Shown: positions 1 to 15,790, counted from the first letter of the stretch. The stretch: 64,000 nt of DNA from Octopus vulgaris (GCA_951406725.2 OX597814.1:16306001-16370000), one strand, 5' to 3'. Notes: generated by a model not told the origin, from the sequence alone. Program-made: numbers and translations.

Positions 1-302
1 GAAAAATCAGTTTTGGGGACACGAGTAGAGGTTCACAGACATTGACAAGATGATCAATCAGTAAGTTTCTTACTAGAATTTCTGTAACCCAAGTAGAGAC
101 AGCTTTTTTTTTCAATAATTACGATTCTAAAAGAACATGTAGAACAGTAACAATAAGATGAAAAAAAAAAAAAGAACTAAAACATATTTGGTGATGTCAG
201 CGAGTAAGGATTGAGGCGGTTGCCAATAGCCACGGCAGCAGTTCTTGATAGTGATGATGGGGATGCAGTGGGGTAATACACTATTTCTAGTGTTTTTGTT
301 TT

Positions 303-1790
<1,488 letters not shown>

Positions 1791-2039
1791 TTGAAATATG
1801 TTATTTAGTTGGGTAGTAGATTTTTGTTATTGTTAGTGGTAGCCATTGAAATACTCATTGAAATCTCCTTCACATTGTTGTCACTGTGCTTGCTGATGCT
1901 GTTTAACCCTAAGATGGTTTATATAGAGCAGACACACTTATGATCTAACATCTTTCCAGCAATGAATATATTGTTATATTTTCTTTTGGGATCAATGTGT
2001 TCGAGACAATAATATGCTATGCATCCTTTTATTAGATTC

Positions 2040-2443
2040 TTTTATTCTTTTACTTGTTTCAGTCACTTGACTGTGGCCATGCTGGAGCACCGCCTTTAGT
2101 CGAGCAAATCGACTCTAGGACTTATTCTTTGTAAGCCTAGTACTTATTCTATCGGTCCATTTTGCCGAACCGCTAAGTTACGGGGACGTAAACACACCAG
2201 CATCAGTTGTCAATCGATGCTGGAGAGACACAGACACACAAACATATACACACATACATATGTATATATACATATATACAACGGGCTTCTTTCAGTTTCG
2301 GTCTACCGAATCCACTCACACGGCTTTGGTCGGCTCGAGGTAATAGTAGAAGACACTTGCCCAAGGTGCCACGCAGTGGGACTGAACCCGGAACCATGTG
2401 GTTCGTAAGCAAGCTACTTAGCGCACAACCACTTCTACGCCTG
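2040..2443 (-). mobile_element. tRNA-derived SINE family A, full length
   Basis: The family has a minus-strand head with A box (TGGCTGTGTGG-like) and B box GGTTCAGTCCC, an internal (TA/TG)n tract and tail GGCGGTGCTCCAGCATGGCC...CTGAAACAAGTAAAAGA. Many copies in the window. Confidence 0.92.
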
Positions 2444-2664
2444 TGTAGTTTACAGAAGACAGGTCAAATTTCTAGCTCATCGAGCTGTCACGTAGAATAT
2501 GTCTCATTCGCTTGTGCTATAGTTGTTACTACTGGTAGTGATGGATTATTAATAATAATAATTCGTTGGACCCGTGATAAATTGACTGAAAATATAAGAA
2601 ATGTTAGTATCTGTAAATTGTGTGCTGGTGCCATGAGAAATGTGTCTATACTGTGACAGTTAAA

Positions 2665-3222
2665 GGCGGTGAGCTGGCAGAATAATTAGCACGCCGGGCG
2701 AAATGCTTAGCGGTATTTCGTCAACCGAGGTCGACTTTGCCTTTCATACCTTTGGGGTTGATTAAATATGTACCAGTTATGCACTAGGGTCAATATAATC
2801 GACTTAATCCGTTTCTCTGTCCTTGTTTGTCTTCTCTGTGTTTAGCCCCTTGTGGGTAGTAAAGAAGTAGGTATTTCCTCCGTCTTTACATTCTGAGTTC
2901 AAATTCCACCGAGGTCGACTTTGTCTTTCATACTTTTGGGGTTGATTAACTATGTACCAGTTATGCACTGGGGTCAATATAATCAACTTAATCCGTTTGT
3001 CTGTCCTTGTTTGTCCTCTCTGTGTTTAGCCCCTTGTGGGTAGTAAAGAAATAGGTATTTCCTCCGTCTTTACATTCTGAGTTCAAACTCCGCCGAGGTC
3101 GACTTTGCCTTTCATCCTTTCGGGGTCGATTAAATAATTCCCAGTTACGCACTGGGGTCGAGCTAATCGACTGGCCCTCTCCTTAAAAAAATCAGGACTT
3201 GTGCTTATAATAGAAAAGTATT
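2665..3222 (+). mobile_element. tRNA-derived SINE family B (Deu/Nin-like central domain), internal trimer
   Basis: Head GGCGGTGAGCTGGCAGAA and B-box-like GAGTTCAAATTCC. The core CCGAGGTCGACTTTGCCTTTCATCCTTTCGGGGTCGATAAA occurs three times with variants. Flanked by direct repeat TGACAGTT. Confidence 0.9.
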
Positions 3223-3394
3223 TTATGACAGTTTAAGAACATAGAATGAAATGTAAAACCGATAAATATATATTCCAACAAAAATATCTCCGTTACGCAA
3301 ACGTAAACAGAATTACTATTTAACATTAAAATACATGTACATATTCAGAGAACCCTCTTGGTTTCATGGTACGGACCGTTTTTGTTTCTCGTAT

Positions 3395-3600
3395 TTTTTT
3401 ATTTGTTTCAGTGATTTGACAGTGGCCATGCTGGAACACCACCCTCCAGTCGTATAAATTGCCCCCAGGACTTATTTCCTGTAAGCCTGGTGCTTATTCT
3501 TTCAGTCTATTCTCCTGAACAGCTAACAATCCAACATCGGTTATCAAGCAATGATATTGGAGGGGACAAATACACGCACAAACACACGCATAAATACATA
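3395..3600 (-). mobile_element. SINE A, degenerate 3' half
   Basis: Similar to 2040-2260. Confidence 0.8.
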
Positions 3601-3689
<89 letters not shown>

Positions 3690-3773
3690 GTAGGTCCCGG
3701 GTTGAGTCGGGGTTAACCACAGTAAATAAGGTACTCAATACATAGCAGAGTAAATTAATTTATTTTATAGAAG

Positions 3774-3823
3774 GAGCTTCTACAGGACTAGAACTGTTTC
3801 ATTCAAAAGAAATCATCAGAAAG
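3774..3823 (-). ncRNA. Type I hammerhead ribozyme, inverted copy of 3990-4042
   Basis: Reverse complement reads cttt-CTGATGA-tttcttttgaat-GAAA-cag-ttctagtc-ctg-TA-gaag. Confidence 0.75.
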
Positions 3824-3989
3824 TGTTTATGATGTCAGCAATATATGTGTATATATGTATGTGCGCATGTGTGTCTTTGTGTTTGTCCCCATCAGCACTT
3901 GAAAACTGGTGTTGTTTTGATTATGTATCCATGTGATCGTTACCAGCGTCACCTTACTAGCACTTGTGCCCGTGCTAGTAGGGTGCCAA

Positions 3990-4042
3990 GAGCTTCCTGA
4001 TGATTTCTTTTGAATGAAACAGTTCTAGTCCTGTAGAAGCTC
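3990..4042 (+). ncRNA. Type I hammerhead ribozyme
   Basis: Stem I gagcttc/gaagctc, core CTGATGA, stem II ttc-tttt-gaa closed by T.T, GAAA, stem III ACAG/CTGT, GUA cleavage triplet. Predicted cut after 4035. Confidence 0.8.
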
Positions 4043-4052
4043 CTTCTATAAA

Positions 4053-4096
<44 letters not shown>

Positions 4097-4210
4097 GTAA
4101 AAAGTGAAAAAACTACAGAAGGCTTGTTTTAAAAGGTTAAAAAATATATATTTGAGTCATTATGTCAGAAGAATGTTATAAATTTTTTTCATACAATGAC
4201 ATAGTTTTTG

Positions 4211-4280
<70 letters not shown>

Positions 4281-4886
4281 TGACATGGAGATGGTGGTGA
4301 TGCTGGCTGGTGTGATGGTGTGGTTTGCTGGTATGCCGAGAGAGATCCAGCCCTGTTTTTCATATTTTCTAAGTACACCTGCCTTTGTTCTCGATTCTGT
4401 TGATCTATATCTCTCTTATTTTGAAAATACAATTCTCTTTGGTCCTGGCTCATTTGTTCCCTCCCTCCTATACCCTAAGATACGCTCCCACTCCCGCTGG
4501 CTTATTTCCTTTCTTCCCTGTGTCATCCTCACACGATTTTCATTCCTTATTTCCACCTGCTGTTCCTCGCGTAACCGGTCTCTCCTTCTACGCTGACGTT
4601 CTCGTGCTGCTTAACTCATGCGATCATCCATATTTTAAAACTTGTTATTAAAACAATATATTACCAAAATGATTGTGTCTTTCAATTGTAAAAGCATATA
4701 GGAATGTATTAGACATTTTTTTAAATATAAACGTTTACTCATATTTAATATGATGGAATACAGCGAAACTGGTAATATGTTATATTCTATACAATATTTT
4801 ATATAAATTTTAATATCGTTTTTATGAAATTCCTACTTAAATTCAGAAGTTTTAGACTTACTTCTGTACTATTTCCACCTCCCTCT

Positions 4887-4951
<65 letters not shown>

Positions 4952-5694
4952 GTATATGAATGCATGTATGTGCATGTGTCTGAGTGTGGCATGTGTATGT
5001 AACTGTATGTTTGAAGACATACGCATATATATTTACATACATATATATATTAATATGTATATCTGCCTGTATATCTATCTATGTACACACATGCATCCTT
5101 ACATATATGTATATATACATATGCATTATATATATATATATATATATATTTATTTATTTATTTATATACATGACGTAGAATGTGTGAGCATATGTCTGTA
5201 TATATATATATATCTATCTAAGGTAAGGGATATGAGGTGTGTGAGGGCAAATCGGCTGTTCATTGTAGCTAGTTTTTTTACCAAATAGGTGTGCCTTTGT
5301 TTGGATAGATAGGGTAGAAAGTTCTCTTAGTAGATAGCAGGAAGTCAGGTCATCGACGTTATTATTCACTGAAGTTGGTAAACAGGTAAAACTGCGTGGG
5401 CGTTATAGGTTTGGTGGCAGGAAATGTCGGTGAAACTGTAAAGAAGAAAAAGTAGAGAAAAATAAGGTCGTATCTAAACAAAAAAATAGATAGACAAATG
5501 GTGAGAAATTAAACAACGTGATGGACAAGGAAAATGAAAACATATGAGTTAGGATATTTTAGAGTAACTTCAATTTCAAGTAACTGTCAAATATTGATGA
5601 GAAGAGAAAACTTCATGTATGTATGTATGTATTTATGTATGTATGTATGTATGTATGTATGTATGTATGTATGTATGTATACTCTTTTACTCTT

Positions 5695-6103
5695 TCTCTT
5701 TTACTCTTTTACTTGTTTCAGTCATTTGACTGCGGCCATGCTGGAGCACCGCCTTTAGTCGATCAAATCGACCCCGGGACTTATTCTTTGTAAGCCTAGT
5801 ACTTATTCTATCGGTCTCTTTTTGCCGAACCGCTAAGTGATGGGGACGTAAACACACCAGCATCGGTTGTCAAGCAATGACAGGGGGACAAACACAGACA
5901 CACAAACACACACACACATATATATATATACATATATACGACAGGCTTCTTTCAGTTTCCGTCTACCAAATCCACTCACAAGGCATTGGTCGGCCCGGGG
6001 CTATAGCAGAAGACACTTGCCCAAGATGCCACACAGTGGGACTGAACCCGGAACCATGTGGTTGGTTAGCAAGCTACTTACCACACAGCCACTCCTGCGC
6101 CTA
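5695..6103 (-). mobile_element. SINE A, full length, near consensus
   Basis: Nearly identical to 62478-62890 and 13695-14077. Confidence 0.93.
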
Positions 6104-6401
6104 TAAATGTATGCATTTATTTATTATGTATTTATGTATTTATGCATGTATGCATGTATGCATGTATGTATGTATGCATAATATGTATAATACTAACAAC
6201 AACAACAATAATAATAATAATAATATTTTTATTATTATGTATGTATGTATGTATGTATGTATGTATGTATGTATGCATTTATGTATGTATGTATTTATGT
6301 ATGTATGCATGTATGCATGTATGTATGTATTTATGTATGTATGTATGCATAATATGTATAATGCTAACAACAACAACAACAACAACACCAACAACAACAA
6401 A

Positions 6402-6450
<49 letters not shown>

Positions 6451-6451
6451 G

Positions 6452-6822
6452 ACGATATGTGCATCTCTGATCACGAGCAGAAGTAGTGGGGGAGCATCAT
6501 AGCCATGTGTTGCGACGGATTCTTTGGGGTTTGAATAATTCACCTCTGGAAACATGGGTGGTTCTTTCAACATCCTTAAACAACCCTTATTCAGGGACCT
6601 TTTGAGCGGGATGGGCTACTCAACCTGAAGAAAATTCTAACTGGGCCCCACCTGCAAGGTCATGTGCTGTTTATCTTGATATGAGATCACAATGTCGCGC
6701 ACATATGGTTGTGATGCATGTGCCTGGTGTACCTTTATCAGACGGGTAGTCATGATGGGTATATTGGGCTTCGTATATTTTACCCCAGTGTCACTTTGAT
6801 GGCATGCACTGCTCTCTCACTC
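6452..6822 (+). mobile_element. 3' UTR of R4/Dong-like non-LTR element (family Y), inside (AAT)n
   Basis: Homologous to 8060-8585 and to 47935-48260, where it directly follows an RLE ORF end. Ends CTCTCACTC plus (AAT)n. Confidence 0.75.
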
Positions 6823-6886
6823 AATAATAATAATAATGATGATGATGATAATTATAATAATAATAATGACGATGATGATGATGATG

Positions 6887-7935
<1,049 letters not shown>

Positions 7936-7940
7936 TAATA

Positions 7941-8585
7941 AAGGTTATCATATACATGTCTTGTTTTGGTATATAAGATGGGTTACAGTAAATATTCTGC
8001 TTAGTACCAGATTTGTTCGTTTCAGTTGTCGTTACTATTTGGGCGTATCCCTTAGTGGCTGACGTTATGTGCATCACAGATCACGAGTAAAAGTAAGCGG
8101 GGGAGCATCATAGTCATGTGTTGAGAAGAATTCTTTGGGAGCTGAATAATTCACTTGTGGAAACATGGATGCTTCATTCAACGTCATTAAACAACCCTTT
8201 TTCGGGGACCTTTTGAGCGGGATGGGCTACTTGATCTGAAGAAAATTCTAACAGGGTCTCAAGATCATGCGCTGTTTATCTTGATATGAGATTACCATGT
8301 CGCGCAAATATGGTTGTGGTGCATGGGTCTGGTGTACCTTTATCAGTCGAGTAATCATAATGGGCATATTGGGCGTTGCTTATTTCCGTGTTCGCTTCTG
8401 TTGAAGAGCGTAGGCTCGAAGCGCAAAAGACTTTCTCACCTCCCGAGCGTTAAACTAATACATCTGTTTGTTTGTTTAAGCACCCGTCTTCGTCTTTTGT
8501 TTTTGCACTTTTGTTTTTTGTAAATTTCAACAGTTGTGTATTTTAGCCCACTGTCACTATGATGGCATGCACTGCTCTCTCACTC
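7941..8585 (+). mobile_element. Family Y R4-like 3' UTR, interrupted by a PLE terminal fragment
   Basis: Homology to 6452-6822 breaks at about 8375 and resumes at about 8540. Confidence 0.75.
8378..8538 (+). mobile_element. Penelope-like terminal fragment (family P1) with decayed hammerhead-like motif
   Basis: CTGTTGAAGAGCGTAGGCTCGAAG... is shared with 29072, 44999, 57690 and 61535. Confidence 0.7.
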
Positions 8586-8597
8586 AATGATAATAAT

Positions 8598-8900
8598 ATC
8601 ATAAATATTGCAATACTTGGAGAGGCACGCATAAGTGACAAAGAACTAGAAAAGATTGAAAAGTACAGGCCACAAAAAGACGAAATAGCTAAAATGTGGA
8701 CTATGAGGAGAGTGTCTGTCATTCCAATTGTTGTAGGGGCACTCGGTTCATCAACAACCAAGTTTGAGCAATATTCTTAAGAAATCGGGATTGACATGAG
8801 AGCAGAGCAAGCCCGAAAAATTGTTCTCTTTGGGTGAGCTAGGATTTTAAGATTGGTACTTTGATGTTGAATGTCACCTACGATAATTAGCAACCATGTA
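8598..8900 (+). mobile_element. R4-like RLE C-terminal fragment
   Basis: IINIAILGEARISDKELEKIEKYRPQKDEIAKMWTMRRVSVIPIVVGALG. Confidence 0.85.
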
Positions 8901-9109
8901 TCAAAGCTTATAATGTGCGGAAAGATATACCGTGAGACCTCTGACGACAGGCTGCTGTCCGCTCTCTCTGAATCTAGAAGATCAAATAAGACCGAACGTC
9001 TGAGAAGCAAAAATATTAGCAGTGGACTCAGGGAGCGCAAACATCTGCCAAGGCAACACCATCGTCCTCTGAACGATTAGCCAGAGGTGATTTTTTAAGA
9101 TGTGAATAT

Positions 9110-9385
9110 CTGAAATAAACTCGACTGGTCTCACAAACGGGAATACTAAAAATGACCACTCTGAAAAATAAAAATTAAAAAACGGAAAAAAATAATCCAG
9201 AAACTTTGTCCGGTGCCGGATCTATCCCAAGATCTAATCCGTTCGTGCCAGTTACAAGGCAAATTATCCCTGAAAGTTTCATCCGAATCCATCCAGCGAT
9301 TCTTGAGACAACTTGTCTGGGACAAACAAATAAACAAACAAACACGACTGAAATAATACCTCCACTTTAGCTAATGCGGAATTAC
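9110..9385. mobile_element. Probable non-autonomous Helentron/DINE-like element
   Basis: GTTTCATCCGAATCCATCCAG..., an (AAAC)n tract and a terminal hairpin-like ATACCTCC...GCGGAATTA resemble Helentron-associated elements. Recognised by pattern only. Confidence 0.45.
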
Positions 9386-9399
9386 TACTACTACTACTG

Positions 9400-9432
<33 letters not shown>

Positions 9433-9454
9433 ATAATAATAATAATAATAATAA

Positions 9455-9485
<31 letters not shown>

Positions 9486-10968
9486 AAGAAGATTTATTGA
9501 ACGCATATATGAATGAATATAAAAAGTGCCAACGAATGCATACACATAGATTTTGGTAATATAGAAGCTTGAGAGGAAACTTGAAAAAGTATAAAAAGAG
9601 AACAAAAGGCTAAAGATGGGAAAATAAAGGAAGGTGATAAGCTGAAAGATGATATGATGTAACCCATCCAAAAGATTATTTTCACGATCCCACCAAGAAT
9701 TCCACATGTCAAATTCTAATTTTGCTCTTTACTTTTAAATGACGTTTCATTTTATTTATGTATTTATTTTTAAACTTTCAAAATTTAAATGATGAAATGT
9801 TAAACAATATCAGTTGAGACAAAACCCTGCAGAAAATATAATATATAACAGTAGAAGTAGAAACAATATTATCTCCGTCCTTTAAATTTTAAAATCATAT
9901 TTAATTTTTATTTTTATCGTAGTATTTGGAAACTTATTTCAGCAATATGAGAGGATAAATATTTTCAAAGTTATGGAAACTCGATAATAAACTGCCATTT
10001 TCGATTTAATTTAAAATTCTTGAATTTAAAGAAGTGGTATTCTTCCCCATTTCTTTACAAATATAACCCAATTGAAAAACAAAGATTGTAGCAATTGTCA
10101 AACAGAATTTTCATAGGCCACTTATTTCATTACGTACAAGATAGGTGAAAGTTATCAGAGTATATTTTTTCTTTGTCGCTAAAGTTGGTGCTTACTTATT
10201 AAAATTTTTATTGTCTAAAATTATTTCTGGTGAATTATTGAAGCAAATTTATTTTATCGAATTATTGACTTAACAATACTTGCTTCTATAACTTTAATTT
10301 CTTTACATAAAAGTTGTATGTTCGTGCATATACAAGAATTCTATTCTATGCATAACCATATGGTCGGACGTAGCATATTTAGGATAGCGCTCTGTTTTAC
10401 TTCATTTTTTGCTTACTGCCTGCGTTGCATATTACACGCTTATTTATTTTTTTGAGGTGGGGGGTGGGGGCTTCTTGCGTCAGAGTAACCAGTAACCATC
10501 GAAAAATAAACACCAGGAAGGAAGAAATATTATTTGCATATATTTATTCGTTTGCCCGACATCAGTGTTTTATCCACATATAATGCGCACCGGTGTTTAA
10601 AAGACCTACAGATCAACGAGTCCGCAACTTGCTTTCCTGTTGTTGACGTGTAATGTACTTTCAAAATGCCATAATTTACAACTATGAGATATATTGTCAT
10701 TGTCATAATTTTATTTTACTATAATCAACAACAAACACATTTCGTCAATATAAAAGACTTTAATTAGATTTAGAATAACATTATCAAAAACATGAAGGTA
10801 AAACAAAGCACATAGCGGCATATACACCAAAAATATACAGTAATTGTAGTGGCAGTGACATGTTTGATCGCTAGTTGCTAGCTGATATATATATATATAT
10901 GTTTGTATGTATGTATATTTTCAGGATTAAATAAAAAAACAAGAAGCGGAAAATATGACCTACCTACC

Positions 10969-11038
<70 letters not shown>

Positions 11039-11377
11039 GCTGAAGTAAATAGAAAAACAAACATATAATAAATACACAGGCGGACAGAAAACATATGTCA
11101 CTAATCCTTCGTTAGTTATCGGCTAGAGGATTCAAACGCAATTTCGGAAATTATCGATAATATTGCTTCCACTCTGGAAGCACCGGGAATCGGACGTAAA
11201 CGTAACAAAGCGAAACGAAGGTTATTTTTTCTTTTTCAATTATATCAGTGGCCAGCATATTAAAATACCTTCCAAGGTGAAAATGATAGACAATCATAAA
11301 TAAGGACAAAATTTTAAAAATTATGCAAATATGCTGAAAAAATAGACATTATATCAAATATATATATATGCCTTATA

Positions 11378-11440
<63 letters not shown>

Positions 11441-11701
11441 ATATATGTGTGTGTGTGTATATTTTAGATTTAAGGATAAAATCTATATTAGATGTTATCA
11501 GGTACTTAGCATGCGACCTACCGTTTACAATCAACTGCTATGTAATTTAACCGCTTCATGAATATTTTTCGTTTATTTGTTCGAATACGGCGCGTGTTTA
11601 TATTTTAGGGTGATATCTTAAGATAGTTTTTAGACATTGGCGTCTTTTTCTGGCATGTAGGCGACTTGTACACGTACTAACTTGCCTTTGATACAGATAT
11701 A

Positions 11702-12097
11702 TCTTTATATATAAAAGTGAAGTTGTGTGTCTGTCTCCTACGATTTAGATTTCTAACTACTCCCACATTTTGCGGTGCAGGTTAACCAAAACCAGGTATC
11801 TTGTAGTCGTGATTCATATCGAGCCCTTCTGGGTATTAGCGCGCGTCTACGATGAGGCTACGATTTTTAAAAAAATTAACATTATTTTTTAAAATTTTAA
11901 TGCATTCTTTTCGTTATTATATAAGGGAAATAACTCTCTAAAAATGTCTACGATGAGTCAAAGATTTAAAAAAATTGACCATAATTTTTTTTCCATTTTT
12001 AATGCATTTTTTTGCTATTTTTTGGCTATAACTCTCTAAAAATGCTTATATAGTTATTTCCCTTACAAACCCGAGCAACGCCGGGCGATACTGCTAG
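11702..12097 (+). mobile_element. Non-autonomous Helitron
   Basis: 5' TC, subterminal hairpin CCCGAGCAACGCCGGG, 3' CTAG, inserted between A and T. Two more copies in the window. Confidence 0.88.
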
Positions 12098-12572
12098 TAT
12101 GTATATATATAGATAAATCATTAATATAGAGCTTAAACCGTAATAAAACTGACAAAAGAAAGCAATATTTCTTATTCAGCAGAATGTCATATATTTTTAT
12201 ACTATTTTATTATTTGTAAAAGTATATATCTTGTTAAATGCCATAAATATTTAACGTTTCCATTTTTGTCAGTGTATATATTTATAAATAATATATTTCT
12301 GTATTATACATATATACACAAAGAATTTATGTATTTTATATATTTATTTTATATATAGGTGTCTTAAAATTATAAGATAATTATTTATATATAATATATG
12401 TTTTATTTATATTTATTGTTTTACCGTATATTATATATATATATATATATATATATTTCTTCTTTATGAGTGTATACAAATATAATCTATCTTTCTATTT
12501 ATATATCTCTATGTATCTATTTGTATATGTCTATGTAAACATGCATGTATATATGATATATGTATATGTATG

Positions 12573-12615
<43 letters not shown>

Positions 12616-12660
12616 TGTACACTCAGTGTACGCTATGGCGGTATTTTTACCATACAATTT

Positions 12661-12774
<114 letters not shown>

Positions 12775-13170
12775 GGTTGTTTAATGTAAAATCTATTTTA
12801 TCCCTATAGAATATTTAGAAAAGTATGAACAATTAATTTCATACAGTAGATTATTATCTACACCTAGTTTTTCTCTCAAAGTTATATATTGGCAGATGGA
12901 ACGTTTGTTGCTTCATGCAACCCCATATTATGCATTGTAATGTCTTATATTTTAAGTCATATAAATACATTGAAATAATGATTTATTAGTGAAGGGAAAT
13001 GAAAAAAAATGAGTGAAGGAGTGAATGGAAACTAGAAATCATATACCTTTCGATAGGCAGGATCTTAGGGCTTGGATTTAGGTGTTTTCTACTGTGTTGA
13101 GAAGCAATTCTTTACAGCTTAACAATTTTACACACACACACACACACATACATACATACTAAAATATGTA

Positions 13171-13215
<45 letters not shown>

Positions 13216-13249
13216 CATATATGTTTTATATATGTATTGTATTCTTTTA

Positions 13250-13678
13250 TTCTTTTATTTGTTTCAGTAATTTGACTGGGGCCATGCTACAGCACCTCCT
13301 TTAGTCGAACAAATTGAATCCCGGACTTATTCTTTGTTAGCTAAGTACTTATTCTATCGGTATCGTTTCCCGAACTGCTCAGTAACGGGAACGTAACAAA
13401 AGATCATGGGTTGTCAAGCGATGGTGGGGACAAACACAAAGACACGAACACAGACACACATACATATATGAATATATATATATATATAGAGAGAGAGAGA
13501 TATAGATATAGATATATAGATATATATACGACGCACTTCTTTCAGTTTCCGTCTACCAAATCCACTCAAAAGCTTTTAGTCGGCCCGAGGCTATAGTAGA
13601 AGACACGTGACCAAAGTGCCTCGTAGTGGGACTGAACCCGGAACCATGTGGTTGGGAAGCAAGCTTACACGCCACACT
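13250..13678 (-). mobile_element. SINE A, older copy
   Basis: Diverged full-length match to family A. Confidence 0.88.
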
Positions 13679-13694
13679 ATACTCTTTACTCTTT

Positions 13695-14073
13695 TGCTCT
13701 TTTACTTGTTTCAGTCATTTGACTGCGGCCATGCTGGAGCACCGCCTTTAGTCGACCAAATCGACCCCGGCACTTATACTTTGTAAGCCCAGTACTTATT
13801 CTATCGGTCTCTAAGTGACGGGGACGTAAACACACCAGCATTGGTTGTTAAGCAATGCTAGGGAGACAAACACAGACACACATACATATATATATATATA
13901 TATACATATATACGACAGGCTTCTTTCAGTTTCCATCTACCAAATCCACTCACAAGGCATTGGTCGGCCCGGGGCTATACCAGAAGACACTTGCCCAAGA
14001 TGCCACGCAGTGGGACTGCACCCGGAACAATGTGGTTTGTAAGCAAGCTACTTACCACACAGCCACTCCTGCG

Positions 14074-14077
<4 letters not shown>
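13695..14077 (-). mobile_element. SINE A, adjacent tandem copy
   Basis: Near-consensus match with a small internal deletion. Confidence 0.92.
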
Positions 14078-14130
<53 letters not shown>

Positions 14131-14150
14131 TATATATAAATACATGTGTA

Positions 14151-14191
<41 letters not shown>

Positions 14192-15749
14192 TAATACATA
14201 TATGCATATATATATATATATATCATATTTAATACATATATGCATATATACGTGTGTGTATGTGTGTGTCTCTGTCTGTGAGGCTCTTACACGGTCATAT
14301 ATGCATATTTATGCGTCCACATTAATACAAACCTAAGTACTTACTGATAAATGAATTGGTTCACAGAATTTCATAGACGTTCCAACCATGTTTCTGCTTC
14401 TGATCCAAGGCGGAAGAGTAAATTTTATTCATTGTTATTGGGACTATATTGCAGTACTTTTTCTTGTAAATATAAATCAATGCATAATATTTTCTGTAGA
14501 AGTCTGTTTATCCGTCACATCTCTCTTAACGTCTCATATGGTAACCAACGTGGTAACTGTTACACAATCCCGTAATTTGCTAAAAATTGCAAACAAATCT
14601 TTCACAAATTGGACATTACACTAACAGATGATCATTTATCTTGATGGACGTCACGAAGGCGATATTTCTAAACACAGTTCTGCTTCAAAACGCTGAAAAC
14701 AAGATGATCTATTTTTATGAACTTTTATCGTAATTTTCGTTTTTTTTTCGTTTACTTAACATTCTTTTAACTAGAAGACACCAAAATTATTGTGGAGCCG
14801 AAAGAACGTGACATACTTTTGTGGAGTTCTTCCTATGTACTGATTTCCAAAGTTAAATTTTTGTCACGTCAATATTTTCATCGATTCCATCTCAACAAAT
14901 AACTGTTCTATGGTATAGAAGAGATTGCAGTGAATCCGATTCCGGTCGCAGGATCTATATATAATTGTTCCAAATGAATGTCAAATGCACTGAACTTAAC
15001 ATCTGAGAAATGTTGGAAGTGGTGTGTGCTTCCTGTCTTTCTTTGTCTATAACATAAATGGCTATCACATGTACTATCACATAAATGAATATACACACAC
15101 ACACACAGACACATCAATTTCTGGAAACCTTGCAGTTAAGACTAGGTTTCTAAATTCAGCTCATATTCGGGAGCTCAAACGAGGCTAATCTGCTGAAACG
15201 AGGCTAATCTACTTTCAATTCTTCTTCTCGGGGCTATGCCAATGAAAGCGGCGTAAAACACATTTAGATACTAAACGTTAGCAGGGATTTTTGTAAACCA
15301 TCTTCTTACTGTACACTATTTACATCACTATACATATATGTGAACGTATGCCTCAGCCAGTTTCTTGCTCTAATTCTGCCTGTGATTAAGAAATATTACT
15401 CAAATTGTGTATGATACTCCTTGTAATAATATTATTTAAATGAGGACAATGAAGATTTATGTTCGTGACACTAAAATACTGAGTCAATGCGTAGTCCAAA
15501 CTGTTAATGTGATATTATTTGCGTCAAGATAAATTATATTTTCACAATATCTTATCTGACATATCTGTTTATATTTGAAGTAGGATAGCAAACTACGGAA
15601 AAACAACATAGATTATAAATGCGTTATAGATATTTATGAAGGGATAAGGTATTTTGCTTAAGGGTTATATTATCATTTGAGTAAAGGACATTTTCTGATC
15701 TATCTATATGTTTGTCTCTCTAAACACACACACACGCACACACACACAC

Positions 15750-15790
<41 letters not shown>

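Noticed and set aside
2207-2656. Recurrent peptide RASFSF.LPNPLTR.WSARG..RRHLPK.PRSGTEPGTMW in many ORFs
   Set aside because: Antisense translation of SINE A, not a gene family.
6626-6660. CTGAAGA hammerhead half-core in the family Y UTR (also CTGATGA at 51783 and CTGAAGA at 61628)
   Set aside because: No correctly placed GAAA or closing stems.
11128-11192. Minus-strand fold gattc...GAAA...gaatc with two hairpins
   Set aside because: The 5' core is CCGGTGC, too far from CUGANGA to call a hammerhead.
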